Source: Heterodontus francisci
Lineage: Eukaryota
Direction: 5' to 3'
Length of the DNA: 64,000 nt
NCBI RefSeq assembly: GCF_036365525.1
Contig: NC_090375.1
Location: forward strand, 199,011,864-199,075,863
Made by a program: the position numbers and the translations under genes. Under the pieces are notes generated by a model. It saw only the letters and a program-made list of their open reading frames with translations, had not been told where the DNA came from and made no database searches. Shown here in pieces: positions 48,612-60,862 of this stretch. The first letter of the stretch is position 1. Each line of letters opens with the position of its first letter.

Positions 48612-51047
48612 TAAACAAAGAGCAAAGAAAATTACAGCACAGGAACAGGCCCTTCGGCCCTCCAAGCCTGCGCCGACCCAGATCCTCTCTCTAAACATGT
48701 CGCCTATTTTCTAAGGGTCTGTATCTCTTTGCTTCCTGCCCATTCATGTATCTGTCTAGATACATCTTAAAATACGCTATTGTGCCCACGTCTACCACTT
48801 CCGCTGGCAACGCGTTCCAGGCACCCACCACCCTCTGCGTAAAGAACTTTCCACGCATATCCCCCCTAAACTTTTCCCCTCTCACTTTGAACTCGTGACC
48901 CCTAGTATTTGAATCCCCCACTCTGGGAAAAAGCTTCTTGCTATTCACCCTGTCTATACCTCTCATGATTTTGTACACCTCAATCAGATCCCCCCTCAAC
49001 CTCCGTCTTTCTAATGAAAATAATCCTAATCTACTCAACCTCTCTTCATAGCTAGCACCCTCCATACCAGGCAACATCCTGGTGAACCTCCTCTGCACCC
49101 TCTCCAAAGCATCCACATCCTTTTGGTAATGTGACGATCAGAACTGCATGCAGTATTCCAAATGTGGCCGAACCAATGTCTTATACAACTGTAACATGAC
49201 CTGCCAACTCTTGTACTCAATACCCCGTCCGATGAAGGAAAGCATGCCGTATGCCTTCTTGACCACTCTATTGACCTGCGTTGCCACCTTCAGGGAACAA
49301 TGGACCTGAACACCCAAATCTCTCTGTACATCAATTTTCCCCAGGACTTTTCCATTTACTGTATAGTTCACTCTTGAATTGGATCTTCCAAAATGCATCA
49401 CCTCGTATTTGCCCTGATTGAACTCCATCTGCCATTTCTCTGCCCAACTCTCCAATCTATCTATATTCTGCTGTATTCTCTGACAGTCCCCTTCACTATC
49501 TGCTACTCCACCAATCTTAGTGTTGTCTGCAAACTTGCTAATCAGACCACCTATACTTTCCTCAAAATCATTTATGTATATCACAAACAACAGTGGTCCC
49601 AGCACGGATCCCTGTGGAACACCACTGGTCACATGTCTCCATTTTGAGAAACTCCCTTCCACTGCTACTCTCTGTCTCCTGTTGCCCAGCCAGTTCTTTA
49701 TCCATCTAGCCAGTACACCCTGGACTCCATGCGACTTCACTTTCTCCATCAGCCTACCATGGGGAACCTTATCAAACGCCTTACTGAAGTCCATGTATAT
49801 GACATCTACAGCCCTTCCCTCATCAATCAACTTTGTCACTTCCTCAAAGAATTCTATTAAGTTGGTAAGACATGACCTTCCCTGCACAAAACCATGTTGC
49901 CTATCACTGATAAGCCCATTTTCTTCCAAATGGGAATAGATCCTATCCCTCAGTATCTTCTCCAGCAGCTTCCCTACCATTGACGTCAGGCTCACCGGTC
50001 TATAATTACCTGGATTATCCCTGCTACCCTTCTTAAACAAGGGGACAACATTAGCAATTCTCCAGTCCTCCGGGACCTCACCCGTGTTTAAGGATGCTGC
50101 AAAGATATCTGTTAAGGCCCCAGCTATTTCCTCTCTCGCTTCCCTCAGTAACCTGGGATAGATCCCATCCGGACCTGGGGACTTGTCCACCTTAATGCCT
50201 TTTAGAATACCCAACACTTCCTCCCTCCTTATGCCGACTTGACCTAGAGTAATCAAACATCTATCCCTAACCTCAACATCCGTCATGTCCCTCTCCTCGG
50301 TGAATACCGATGCAAAGTACTCGTTTGGAATCTCACCCATTTTCTCTGACTCCACGCATAACTTTCCTCCTTTGTCCTTGAGTGGGCCAATCCTTTCTCT
50401 AGTTACCCTCTTGCTCCTTATATATGAATAAAAGGCTTTGGGATTTTCCTTAACCCTGTTTGCTAAAGATATTTCATGACCCCTTTTAGCCCTCTTAATT
50501 CCTCGTTTCAGATTGCGCCTACATTCCCGATATTCTTTCAAAGCTTCGTCTTTGTTCAGCCGCCTAGACCTAATGTATGCTTCCTTTTTCCTCTTAGCTA
50601 GTCTCACAATTTCACCTGTCATCCATGGTTGCCTAATCTTGCCATTTCTATCCCTCATTTTCACAGGAACATGTCTCTCCTGCACGCTAATCAACCTCTC
50701 TTTAAAAGCCTCCCACATATCAAATGTGGATTTACCTTCAAACAGCTGCTCCCAATCTACATTCCCCAGCTCCTGCCGAATTTTGCTACAGTTGGCCTTC
50801 CCCCAATTTAACACTCTTCCTTTAGGACCACTCTCGTCTTTGTCCATGAGTATTCTAAAACTTACGAAATTGTGATCACTATTCCCAAAGTAGTCCCCTA
50901 CTGAAACTTCAACCACCTGGCCGGGCTCATTCCCCAACACCAGGTCCAGTATGGCCCCTTCCCGAGTTGGACTATTTACATACTGCTCTAGAAAACCCTC
51001 CTGGATGCTCCTTACAAATTCTGCTCCATCTAGACCTCTAACACTAA
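48612..51047 (-). mobile_element. Young 5'-truncated CR1 LINE (ORF2)
   Basis: 646-aa ORF 49138-51078 and in-frame 48691-49116 separated by one TGA; all RT motifs present, but FADD reads FADN. Confidence 0.95.
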
Positions 51048-51094
51048 GAGTGTTCTGGCGATTAAGCAAAAGGTACAAAAACTAAACAGTGATA

Positions 51095-51662
51095 AAGCAA
51101 ATAACTTGCATTTATTTACCATAAACATCCCAAATCACTTCACAGAAGTGTTATAAAATGTAACATGGAGCCACAGCAGATATTAGGACAGGTGACCAAA
51201 TGTTTGATCAAAGAGGTAGGTTTTAAAGGACTAATTAAAAGTAGTGAGAATTGGAAAGGATTAGGGAGGGAATTTGGACCTTAGGGGCCAGGAGGCTGAA
51301 GGCATGGCCACCGACGGTAGAGCGATGAAGTATCTTCCCAGTGAAGACTTTAAAATAAACTACTGCATGGTACAACTCTCTGACTGAATTGGAAGTTACT
51401 CAGTACGGAGGACACTGCTCAACAAACAGTGCAGCAGTTCTTGTGATGAGGCATTAAACCGAGGCTTTCTCTAAATATTCATGGCACTACTGCAAGACCA
51501 AGCGGCAACACTGAAAACAAATGATCTGATCTTTTAATCGCAGTCTTTGTGGGATCTTGCAGTGCACAAATTGGAAGCTACTTTACCTAGAACAATGACT
51601 GCACTTCACTAGCTCGAAGCGCATTAGGACGTCCCGAGACGGCTGCATAAATGCGAGTTCTT
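51095..51662. mobile_element. L2 3' end (minus, ~51095-51330) and DeuSINE-like SINE (plus, ~51390-51662)
   Basis: Homologous to 20470-20720 and 12370-12750 respectively. Confidence 0.65.
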
Positions 51663-51699
51663 TGTATGTTTCATTCAGAATCTGCGAGCGTTATAGCTG

Positions 51700-51847
51700 G
51701 ACGGAAAGGAATAATTTCAGTAAACTTGCTCCCGGATACAGGTCGGACCATCGTCAACGATAGTGGAAGATACCATTCACGTCATTTCCTTAGGCATGTA
51801 TTTCATTGGCTCCTCAAACGCATTCAGACCAGTATAAACCCGGAGAC
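51700..51847 (+). promoter_or_regulatory. V-segment promoter
   Basis: CRE-like TTCACGTCAT (51776-51785), Ets-like CATTTCCT (51783-51790), reverse CCAAT (51805-51809); CpG-retaining unique sequence. Confidence 0.45.
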
Positions 51848-51890
51848 ATGAAGATCCATTTAATGGTCATGTTTGTGGCGTCTTTCTCCT
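51848..51890 (+). CDS. TRGV: Leader exon of TCR gamma V segment (MKIHLMVMFVASFS+T)
   Basis: Hydrophobic leader; phase-1 donor T|GTGGGT; 82-nt intron ending ttttaaacAG; splices in frame to the V exon. Confidence 0.85.
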
Positions 51891-51972
51891 GTGGGTACCT
51901 TAGGTTTGATTCATTTTAAAACATAACATATTCTCCTACAATTTGAAGTAACAGTCATGTTCTTTTAAACAG

Positions 51973-52285
51973 GTGCTTGTTTTGCTCAATCCTTGACTCA
52001 GCCCATGATATCCATCACCAAAGCTCCGACAAAAACGGCCCGATTTCGGTGTATGGTTCAGGGGGTAGATTTCACGAGTGCTACAGTTCACTGGTACCGA
52101 CACACTCCGAGCCGAGGCTTCCACCGCATTCTCTACATTCAGACAGACTCTCGCACTCTTTACGACGATGGTTTCGCCAAAAGATTCACAGCCGAAAACT
52201 TGAAACAAGAGAAGACGAGTCTACTTGACATACCAGCCATTGAGGAGAACGACACTGGAGTTTATTACTGCGCTATCTGGGCTAG
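51973..52285 (+). CDS. TRGV: T-cell receptor gamma-type variable segment, open and apparently functional
   Basis: (C)ACFAQSLTQPMISITKAPTKTARFRC...VHWYRH...DTGVYYCAIWA: first Cys, conserved Trp and second Cys; HWY and YYCAxW are TRGV hallmarks. Confidence 0.9.
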
Positions 52286-52324
52286 CACAGTGACACGTAT
52301 CTGTGGGGGACCCTTACAAATACT
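52286..52324 (+). other. Recombination signal sequence, 23-bp spacer
   Basis: CACAGTG (52286-52292), 23 nt, ACAAATACT (52316-52324). Confidence 0.95.
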
Positions 52325-53124
52325 CCTCACCCAGCCGTCTTCTGTCAGATGGCTTGTGGGGCGAATGAACACGTTGTTACCCGCTACACAGAATTCAATT
52401 TAGAATCCATTTGCACAACTGTTCTTCAATGACTCAGATTAAAGCAATCTGAAAGATTTAGGCTCCTGTCTGAATTCTCTAATCCTTTCACCAATACAGA
52501 TTCAAAAGAGTTTAAATGCTCCGATACACGATAATAAGCGTTTGTGCAGGGGCAAGTACTTAGGGAATAACATATCGGGAACAAGTGACCCAATGTTAAT
52601 GCCGTGAATTTCTTGAAAGATTAAGTGCATAAATGTCAAGCTCTGGAGATACTCGGGTAAGAGCAGCTGAAGGCAAAGGTTTGCCTATAAAACTACGGTT
52701 TAATGCAAAGATGGTCACGGGTTTATATTTGGAAAGAAAGTAAAGGTCAAATGTTTAGTATTTCTCGCACTGGGCCTTAAAAAGATTGCACCCCTACAAA
52801 CAATAATTCCAACAAAATTAGATGAAAGATATTCCCCCGCCAGCACACAGAGGGGTGTCAGGAATATATCTGCTATATGACAGATTAACTAAAATTGAGT
52901 ATTAATCCGGCTGCCCTGATTCGGTTTTTTATTACACTGAACTCTCAGAATAAAACCGTGTCGAGTTTTCTACGTTCAATTCGGCTGACAGGTTAAGATC
53001 GGTGAGTCTAACTTGATTTTTATTAAATCAAGCGTTTTCCTGGAGAAGCGCTGTGTGTTTTGCACGAGTCACTTTTACATCTTCACTAAATCTCACCGTT
53101 TGGATACAAACGGAAAGCGTTAGT

Positions 53125-53525
53125 GGCTGAACTCCGGAAAATCCTTGGCATCAGGTGGCAGGACCGTATCTCCAACGCAGAAGTCCTGAGGCGGCCAACA
53201 GCAAATACACCCTGCTGAGCCAGCCGGTCCTTGAGATGGCTTGGCCATGTGAGCCACATGGAAGATGACAGAATCCCCAAGGACACATTGTATAGCAAGC
53301 TCGTCACTGGTATCAGACCCACCGGGCCGTCCATGTCTCCGCTAAAAAGGCGTCTGCAAATGCGACATGAAGTCCTGTGACATTGACCACAAGTCTTGGG
53401 AGTCAGTTGCCAGCGATCGCCAGAGCTGGCGGACAGCCATAAAGGCGGGGCTGAAGAGTGGCGAGTCGAAGAGACTTAGCAGTTGGCAGGAAAAATGACA
53501 GAAGTGCAAGGAGAGAGCCAACTGT
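53125..53525 (+). mobile_element. RTE (BovB-like) LINE fragment
   Basis: LRKILGIRWQDRISNAEVLRR; LRWLGHVSHMEDDRIPKDTLY. Confidence 0.8.
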
Positions 53526-56510
53526 GTTCACTGGAACACTGCAGCAATCCCAGGACAGAGATGTGAGCATGAGAACAGGGCGGGGTGTTGAAATGGCCAG
53601 CAACCGGAAGCTCGGGGTCATGCTTACAGACTGAGCAGAGGTGTTCCGCTAAGCGATCACCCAGTCTACGTTTGGTCTCCCCAATGTACACACTGGACCT
53701 TTCTCTCCAGAAGCACTGCCTCACCTTATTTCAAAGCTGTTCTACTCCGCAGCTTCATTTCATCCTTTGTCCTATCCGACACATTAACAAAAAACTTTTT
53801 TTCTTCCTTTCAGGTGTTAAGGAATGCAAGCACCAGCAGCTGATGGGGACTAATTCTCCTCCAGATCCTTCTTCCCCTTCACATCCTTCTGACCCCACCC
53901 CTTCTGATCTGACCCCTTGCCGTGTATTCACTATCCCCTCTGACCTTCCCCTCTCTGATGCTGAATGTTCTGTACTCAACAAAGGACTCAGTTTTATCCC
54001 CTTATGCTCCCACCTCAATATATTTCACGCTCGGCATGATGTTGAGCTCTTCTTCCAGTGCCTTTGCCTCTGGGCTCACTTCTTTGAACAGGTGTCCTCC
54101 CCCAGACCAGCAGACCCATTCACCCACCTCCAGCATTCCCCATCTACCTGGACCCCTCCATCAGCCATCTCAATTTCTCTCCCCCACTCACTCACTCTAA
54201 CCTGTCCCCCTCTGAACTTGCTGCACTCTGTTCTCCCAGGTCTAACCCTGACATTGTCATCAAACCTGCAGATAAGGATAGTGATGTTGTTGTCTGGTGT
54301 ACCAAGCTCTACATTGCAGAGGCTCAGCGCCAACTCTCAGACACTTCTTCCTACTTCCCCCTGGACCATGACCCCACCACCGAACATCAAGCTACTGTCC
54401 ACAGAACTGTCACTGACCTCATCTCCTCTGGAGATCTTCCCTCTACAGCTTCCAACCTCATAGCCCGCAACCCCGGACAGCCCGCTTCTACCTCCTTCCT
54501 AAAATCCACAGACAGGACTGTCCCAGCAGACCCATTGTTTCAGCCTGCTCCTGCCCCACTGAACTTATTTCTTCCTATCTTGACTCTATCTTTTCTCCAC
54601 TGGTCCAGTCTCTTCCCACCTACATCCGTGACTCTTCTGACACCCCACGTCATTTTGACAATTTCCAGTTTCCTGGCCCTAACTGCCTCCTCATCACTAT
54701 GGACGTCCAATCTCTCTACACCTCCAACCCCCCACCAGGACGGTTTGAGGGCTCTCCGCTTCTTCCTTGAACAGAGGCCCAACCAGTCCCCATCCACCAC
54801 CACCCTCCTCCGCCTGGCTGAACCTGTTTTCACATTGAACAACTTGTCCTTCCACTCCACTCACTTCCTTCAAGTAAAAGGTGTTGCTATGGGTACCTGT
54901 ATGGGTGCTAGTTATGCCTGTCTTTTTGTGGGATATGTCGAACATTCCTTGTTCCAGGCCTACTCAGGCCCCCTCCTCCAACTGTTTTTCCGGTACATTG
55001 ATGACTGTATTGGTGCCATTTCCTGCTCCTGCCCAGAACTCAAAAATTTTATCAACTTTGCTTCTAATTTCTCACCTTTACATGGTCCATCTCCGACACT
55101 TCCCTTCCCTTCCTTGACCTCTATCTCCATCTCTGGGGATAGGCTGTCTACTAATATTCATTATAAGCCCACCAACTCCCACAGCTACCTCGACTACACT
55201 TCTTCACACCCTGCCTCCTGTAAGGATTCCATTCCGTTCTCCCAGACACATCTACTCTGATGATGCTACCTTCCATGACAGCGCTTCTGATATGTCTTCC
55301 TTTTTTCTCAACCAAGGATTCCCTTGCTGTGGTTGGCAAGGCCCTCAACCGTGTCCGGCCTATTTCCCACACCTCTACCCTCACTCCTTCCCCTCCCTCC
55401 CAGAACCACGACAGGGTTCCCCCTGTCCTCACTTTCCATCCCACCAGCCTCCAGATCCAAAGGATCATCCTCCGCCATTTCCGCCACATCCAGCGTGATG
55501 CCACTACCACAGGCATCTTCCCCTGTCAGCATTCCGAAGGGATCATTCCCTCTGCGAGACCCTCATCCACTCCTCCATTACCCCCACCACCTCATCCCCT
55601 TCCCACATCACCTTCCCCTGCAATCGCAGGAGGTGTAATACCTGCCCATTTACCTCCTCTCTCCTCACTACCCAAGGCCCCAAACACTCCTTTCAGGTGA
55701 AGCAGTGATTTACTTGTACTTCTTTCAATTTAGCATACTGAATTCACTGCTCACAATGTGTTCTCCTTTACATTGGGGAGAGCAAACGCAGATTGGGTGA
55801 TCACTTTGCGGAACACCTCTGCTCAGTCCATAAGCATGACCCCGAGCTTCCGGTTGCTTGCCATTTCAACACCCCCCCCACCCCCTTCTCTCATCTCTGT
55901 CCTGGGATTGCTGCAGTGTTCCAGTGAACATCAACGCAAGCTCGAGGAACAGCGTCTCATTTACCGATTAGGCACACTACAGCCTGCCGGACTGAACATT
56001 GAGTTCAATAATTTCAGAGCAAACTTTTTTATGTTTAGTTATTTTTTCTTTTTTTCTTTCTTCTTTTTTATTTGGTTATTTTATTTTAGCTTTTTAAAGT
56101 GTGTTTAGTTTTTTTCTACTGTGCCTACCCACTGTTTCTGTTTTTCTTAATGTTTGTGGTTGGAGTGCTTTGTGCTTTACAGTCTATTCACACCCTTCCT
56201 GTACTAACACTTTGTCTTTCAGCACACCATTAACATACTGTTTGCCTTTGCTCCATGACCTTCTGGTCAGTTATTCTCTGTCACCTTGTCCTATCAACAC
56301 CTCTTTTGTTATGTCTTGCCCCACCCCCCCACACACACTTTACTTGCTTAAAATCTTTTACATTTCTAATATTTGCCAGTTCTGATGAAGGGTCACTGTT
56401 CTGAAACGTTAACTCTGCTTCTCTCTCCACAGATGCTACCAGACCTGCTGAGTATTTCCAGCATTTCTTGTTTTTATTTCAGATTTCCAGCATCTGCAGT
56501 ATTTTGCTTC
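53526..56510 (+). mobile_element. Penelope-like element (RT and GIY-YIG) with inverted 5' piece (53526-53690, minus) and 3' pLTR
   Basis: VLNKGLSFIP; KPADK; FYLLPKIH; KGVAMGTCMG; FFRYIDDCIG; YIGE.KRRLGD; pLTR hammerhead at 56382-56414. Confidence 0.9.
56378..56414 (+). ncRNA. Minimal type I hammerhead ribozyme motif in Penelope pLTR
   Basis: AGTT-CTGATGA-stem II-GAAA-CG-TT-AACT; stem I AGTT/AACT; palindromic AACGTT stem III. Confidence 0.65.
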
Positions 56511-57461
56511 TAATTTCTCGTTACATGATTTGGTATCTGTTCTCCAAATCTCAGCGTTTTCGACATTTAATGTTAATTTAATTGCAAATCGTCGAGTTCG
56601 CCGTTAGCCCAGAGTAAAGTGTTAAAAGTGAAATGCCACAGATCTGAAACGTTAAATCTGCTTCTCTCTCCACAGATGCTGCCGGGCCTGCTGAGTATTT
56701 CCAGCACTTTTTGTTTTTATTATAGTCAAGTGTTGGAGAATTGGCAATCTGGAGAGTTCTGATGCATTTGCACTAATAGAAAACAAAGCAGCCAGTTTGA
56801 TGGTCCACAGTCGTGCTTATTTCTTCATTCAGATGCTGAGGTTGTAATTTAAACAGGGAGTCCAGGACTGGTTGAAGTTAGAGATGCCGCCAGGAGGAGC
56901 CAGACTTGCGCCGTTTAAAGTTGAGTTTACCGAGAAAGTCAACCCAATGTCAACTCATAGAGTTTTTAAAAATGTGCATTAAAAACGTTTAAATTAACTC
57001 AAAGACGGTTTAAAAAGTGCAGAAACGGTTCTCCCTCCCACCCCACGTTCCAATTTCGTAAAATGTACCTGCTGATTAGGAGCTGTACAAATGGACAAAA
57101 CTTTCCCCGGAGCAGAGTTGGAGCCAAACTGTCTAAACAGGTTCATGTCTGATGAAACATGACACTGCAGTTGAGGCCGTTAATGCCAATTTAACATTAA
57201 TCACTTGTTAATACTATTAACATATCAGAGCTACCAATCGTACACTGAGCAAATACAATAAGGAATGAGCAAATATGAAGATCAATGCAGACCGCGAGGA
57301 GCAGAAAAACCATGTTGAGGTTCAATACTCCTTCACCTGGTGGATTGGTCCAGGAGGAGGAGGGGCGGACTGTACTTTGGGTCAAACAGGCACCTAACTA
57401 ATCAGAATGGGTCCAGTGGACATTGCTGTCAATGGGTACCAGAGTGAAGGTGCCCGATTTA

Positions 57462-60400
57462 TCATAGAATCATAACAGCACAGAATGAGGCCATTCGGCC
57501 CGTCATGTTTCTGCCGGTTCTCTACAAGAGCAACTCACCTACTTCCACTCGCCTGCCTTTTCTCTGTAACCTTGCATTTCTTTCCTCATCAGATAATTGT
57601 CCAGTTCTCTTTTGAAAGCCTCAGTTGAATCTGCCTCCACCACATACTCAGGCAATGCATTCCAGATCCAAACCATTCGATGTGTAAAAAAGGGTTTTCC
57701 TCATGTTGCTGTGGCTTCTTTTGCCAATCACATTAAATCGGTGTCCTCTGCTTCTGGATCCTTCTGCCAATGGGAACAGTTTCTCCCTATCTACTGTATC
57801 TAGACCTCTCATGATTTTGAACACTTCTATCAAATCTGCTCTCAATCTTCTTCAAGGAGAACAGCCCCAGCCTCTCCAACCTATCCACATAACAAAATGT
57901 CCTCATCCCTGGAACCATTGTGCCAAAGTTGGGAGAGCTGTCCCACAGCCTAGTCAAGCAACAGCCTGACATAGTCATACTCACGGAATCATACCTTATA
58001 GACAATGTTCCAGACACTGCCATCACCATCCCCGGGTATGTCCTGTCCCACCGGCAGGACAGACCCACCAGAGGTGGTGGCACAGTGGTATACAATAGGA
58101 CGGGAGTTGCCCTGGGAGTCCTCAACATCAACTGTGGACCCCGTGAAGTCTCATGGCATCAGGTCAAACATGGGCAAAGTAACCTCCTACTGATTACCAC
58201 CTACCGCCCTCCCTGAGCTGATGACTCAGTACTCCTCCATGTTGAACACCACTTGGAGGAAGCACTGAGGTGGCAAGGGCACAAAATGTACTCTGGGTGG
58301 GGCACTTCAATATCCATCACCAAGAGTGGCTCGGTAACACCACTGCTAACCGAGCTGGCCGAGTCCTAAAGGACATTGCTGCTAGACTGGGTCTGCGGCA
58401 GGTGGTGGGGGAACCAACACGAGGGAAAAACATACTTGACCTCGTCCTCACCAATCTGTGTCTGCAGATGCTTCTGTCCATGACAGTATTGGTAGGAGGG
58501 ACCACCGCACAGTACTTGTGGAGACTAAGTCCCGCTTTCACATTGAGGATACCGTCCATCGTGTTGTGTGGCACTATCACCGTGCTAAATGGGATAGATT
58601 TTGAACAGATCTATCAATGCAAAACTGAGCATCCATGAGGCGCTGTGGGCCAACAGCAGCAGCAGAATTGTACTCGACCACAATCTGTAACCTCATGGCC
58701 CGGCATATCCCCCACTCTACCATTACCATCAAGCCAGGAGACCAACGCTGGTTCAATGAAGAGTGCAGGAGGGCATGCCAGGAGCAGCACCAGGCATCCC
58801 TCAAAATGAGGTGTCAACCTGGTGAAGCTACAACCCAGGACTACTTGCATGCCAAACTACATAAGCAGCATGTAATAGACAGAGCTAAGCGATCCCATAA
58901 CCAACGGATCAGATCTAAGCTCTGCAGTCCTGCCACATCCAGCCGTGAATGGTCGTGGACAATTAAACAACTAACTGGAGGAGGTGGCTCCACAAATATC
59001 CCCATCCTCAATGATTGGGGAGCCCAGCACATTAGTGCGAAAGATAAGGCTGAAGCATTTGCACCAATCTTCAGCCAGATGTGTCGAGTTGATGATCTAT
59101 CTCGGCCCCCTCCTGAAGTCCACAGCATCACAGATGCCAGACTTCAACCAATTTGAGTCACTCCGCGTGATAGCAAGAAACGACTGAAGGCACTGGATAC
59201 TGCAAAAGCTATGGGCCCTGACAATATTCCGGCAATAGTACTGAAGACCTGTGCTCCAGAACTTGCTGCGCCCTAGCCAAGCTGTTCCAGTACAGCTACA
59301 ACACTGGCATCTACCCTGCAATGTGGAAAGTTGCCCAGGTATGTCTTGTATACAAAAAGCAGGACAAGTCCAACCTGGCCAATTACCGCCCCATCAGTCT
59401 ACTCTCAATCATCAGGAAAGTGAGGGAAGGTGTCATTAACAGTGCTATCAAGCGGCACTTGCTTAGCAATAACCTGCTCAGTGACGTTCAGTTTGGGTTC
59501 CGCCAGAGCCACTCAGCTCCTGACCTCATTACAGCCTTGGTTCAAACATGGACAAACGAGCTGAACTCAAGAGGTGAGGTGAGAGTGACTGCCCTTGACA
59601 TCAAGGCAGCATTTGACCGAGTATGGCATCAAGGAGCCCGAGCAAAACTGAGGTCAATGGGAATCAGGGGGAAAACCCTCCGCTGGCTGGAGTCATACCT
59701 AGCGCAAAGGAAGGTGGTTGTTGGAGGTCAATCATCAGAGCTTCAGGACATCACTGTAGGAGTTTCTCAGGATAGTGTCCTAAACCCATCCATCTTCAGC
59801 TGCTTCATCAATGACCGTCCTTCAATCATAAGGTCAGAAGTGGGGATATTCGCTGATGCTTGCACAATGTTCAGCACCATTCATGACTCCTCAGATACTG
59901 AAGCAGTTCGTGTAGAAATGCAGCAAGGCCTGGACAATATCCAGGCTTGGGCTGATAAGTGGCAAGTAACATTTGCACCACACAAGTGCCAGACAATGAC
60001 CATCTCCAACAAGAGAGAATCTAACCATCTCCCCTTGACATTCAACAGCATTACCATCGCTGAATCCCCCACTATCAACGTCCTAGGGGTTACCATTGAC
60101 CAGAAACTGAACTGGAGTAGCCATATAAATACCGTGGCTACAAGAGCAGGTCAGAGGCTAGGAATCCTGAGGTGAGTAACTCACCTCCTGACTCCCCAAA
60201 GCCTGTCCACCATCTACAGGGCACAAGTCAGGAGTGTGATGGAATACTCTCCACTTGCCTGGATGGGTGCAGCTCCAACAACACTCAAGAAGCTCGACAC
60301 CATCCAGGACAAAGCAGCCCGCTTGATTTGCACCCCATCTACAAACATTCACTCCCTCCACCACCGACGCACAGTGGCAGCAGTGTGTACCATCTACAAG

Positions 60401-60862
60401 ATGCACTGCAGCAATGCATCAAGGCTCCTTAGACAGCACTTTCCAAACCCGCGACCTCTACCAACTAGAAGGACAAGGGCAGCAAATGCATGGGAATACC
60501 ACAAGCTGCAAGTTCCCCTCCATGTCACACACCATCCTGACCTGGAACTATATCACCGTTCCTTCACTGTCACTGTGTCAAAATCCTGGAACTCCCTTCC
60601 TAACAGCACTGTGGGTATACCTACCTCACATGGATTGCAGCGGTTCAAGAAGGCAGCTCACCATCGCCTTCTCAAGGGCAATTAGGGATGGGCAATAAAT
60701 GCTGGCCTGGCTAGTGACACCTACATCCCATGAATGAATTTAAAAAAAACATTCTGGTGAATCTTTTCTGCACCCTCTGTAATGTCTTCACATCCTTCCT
60801 AAAGTGTGGTGCCCAGAACTGGGCACAATACTTCAGGTGAGGCAAAACCAGTGCTTCATACA
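57462..60862 (-). mobile_element. CR1 3' fragment (57462-57919 and 60754-60862) split by the LINE insertion
   Basis: ORF 57648-57845 RADLIEVFKIMRGLD; continuity across TSD CATT. Confidence 0.8.
57920..60749 (+). mobile_element. Second copy of the APE-RT LINE family, 5'-truncated at the APE start
   Basis: ORFs 57920-60685 colinear with 14196-17027; (ATGA)n-T3-A8 tail; TSD CATT (57916-57919 and 60750-60753). Confidence 0.9.

Noticed and set aside
51833-51838. TATAAA as the V promoter TATA box
   Set aside because: Only ~10 bp from the ATG, too close for a canonical TATA-to-start distance.
52286-52403. C-terminal extension of the 136-aa V ORF
   Set aside because: It reads through the RSS and is removed on rearrangement.
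57365-57410. Possible J segment (LYFGSNRHL)
   Set aside because: No FGxG motif, no upstream 12-RSS and no suitable donor.
58081-58120. Extra CACAGTG heptamers (also 1444 and in HE1 heads)
   Set aside because: No nonamer at 12 or 23 spacing at the sites checked and no adjacent V/J coding sequence.
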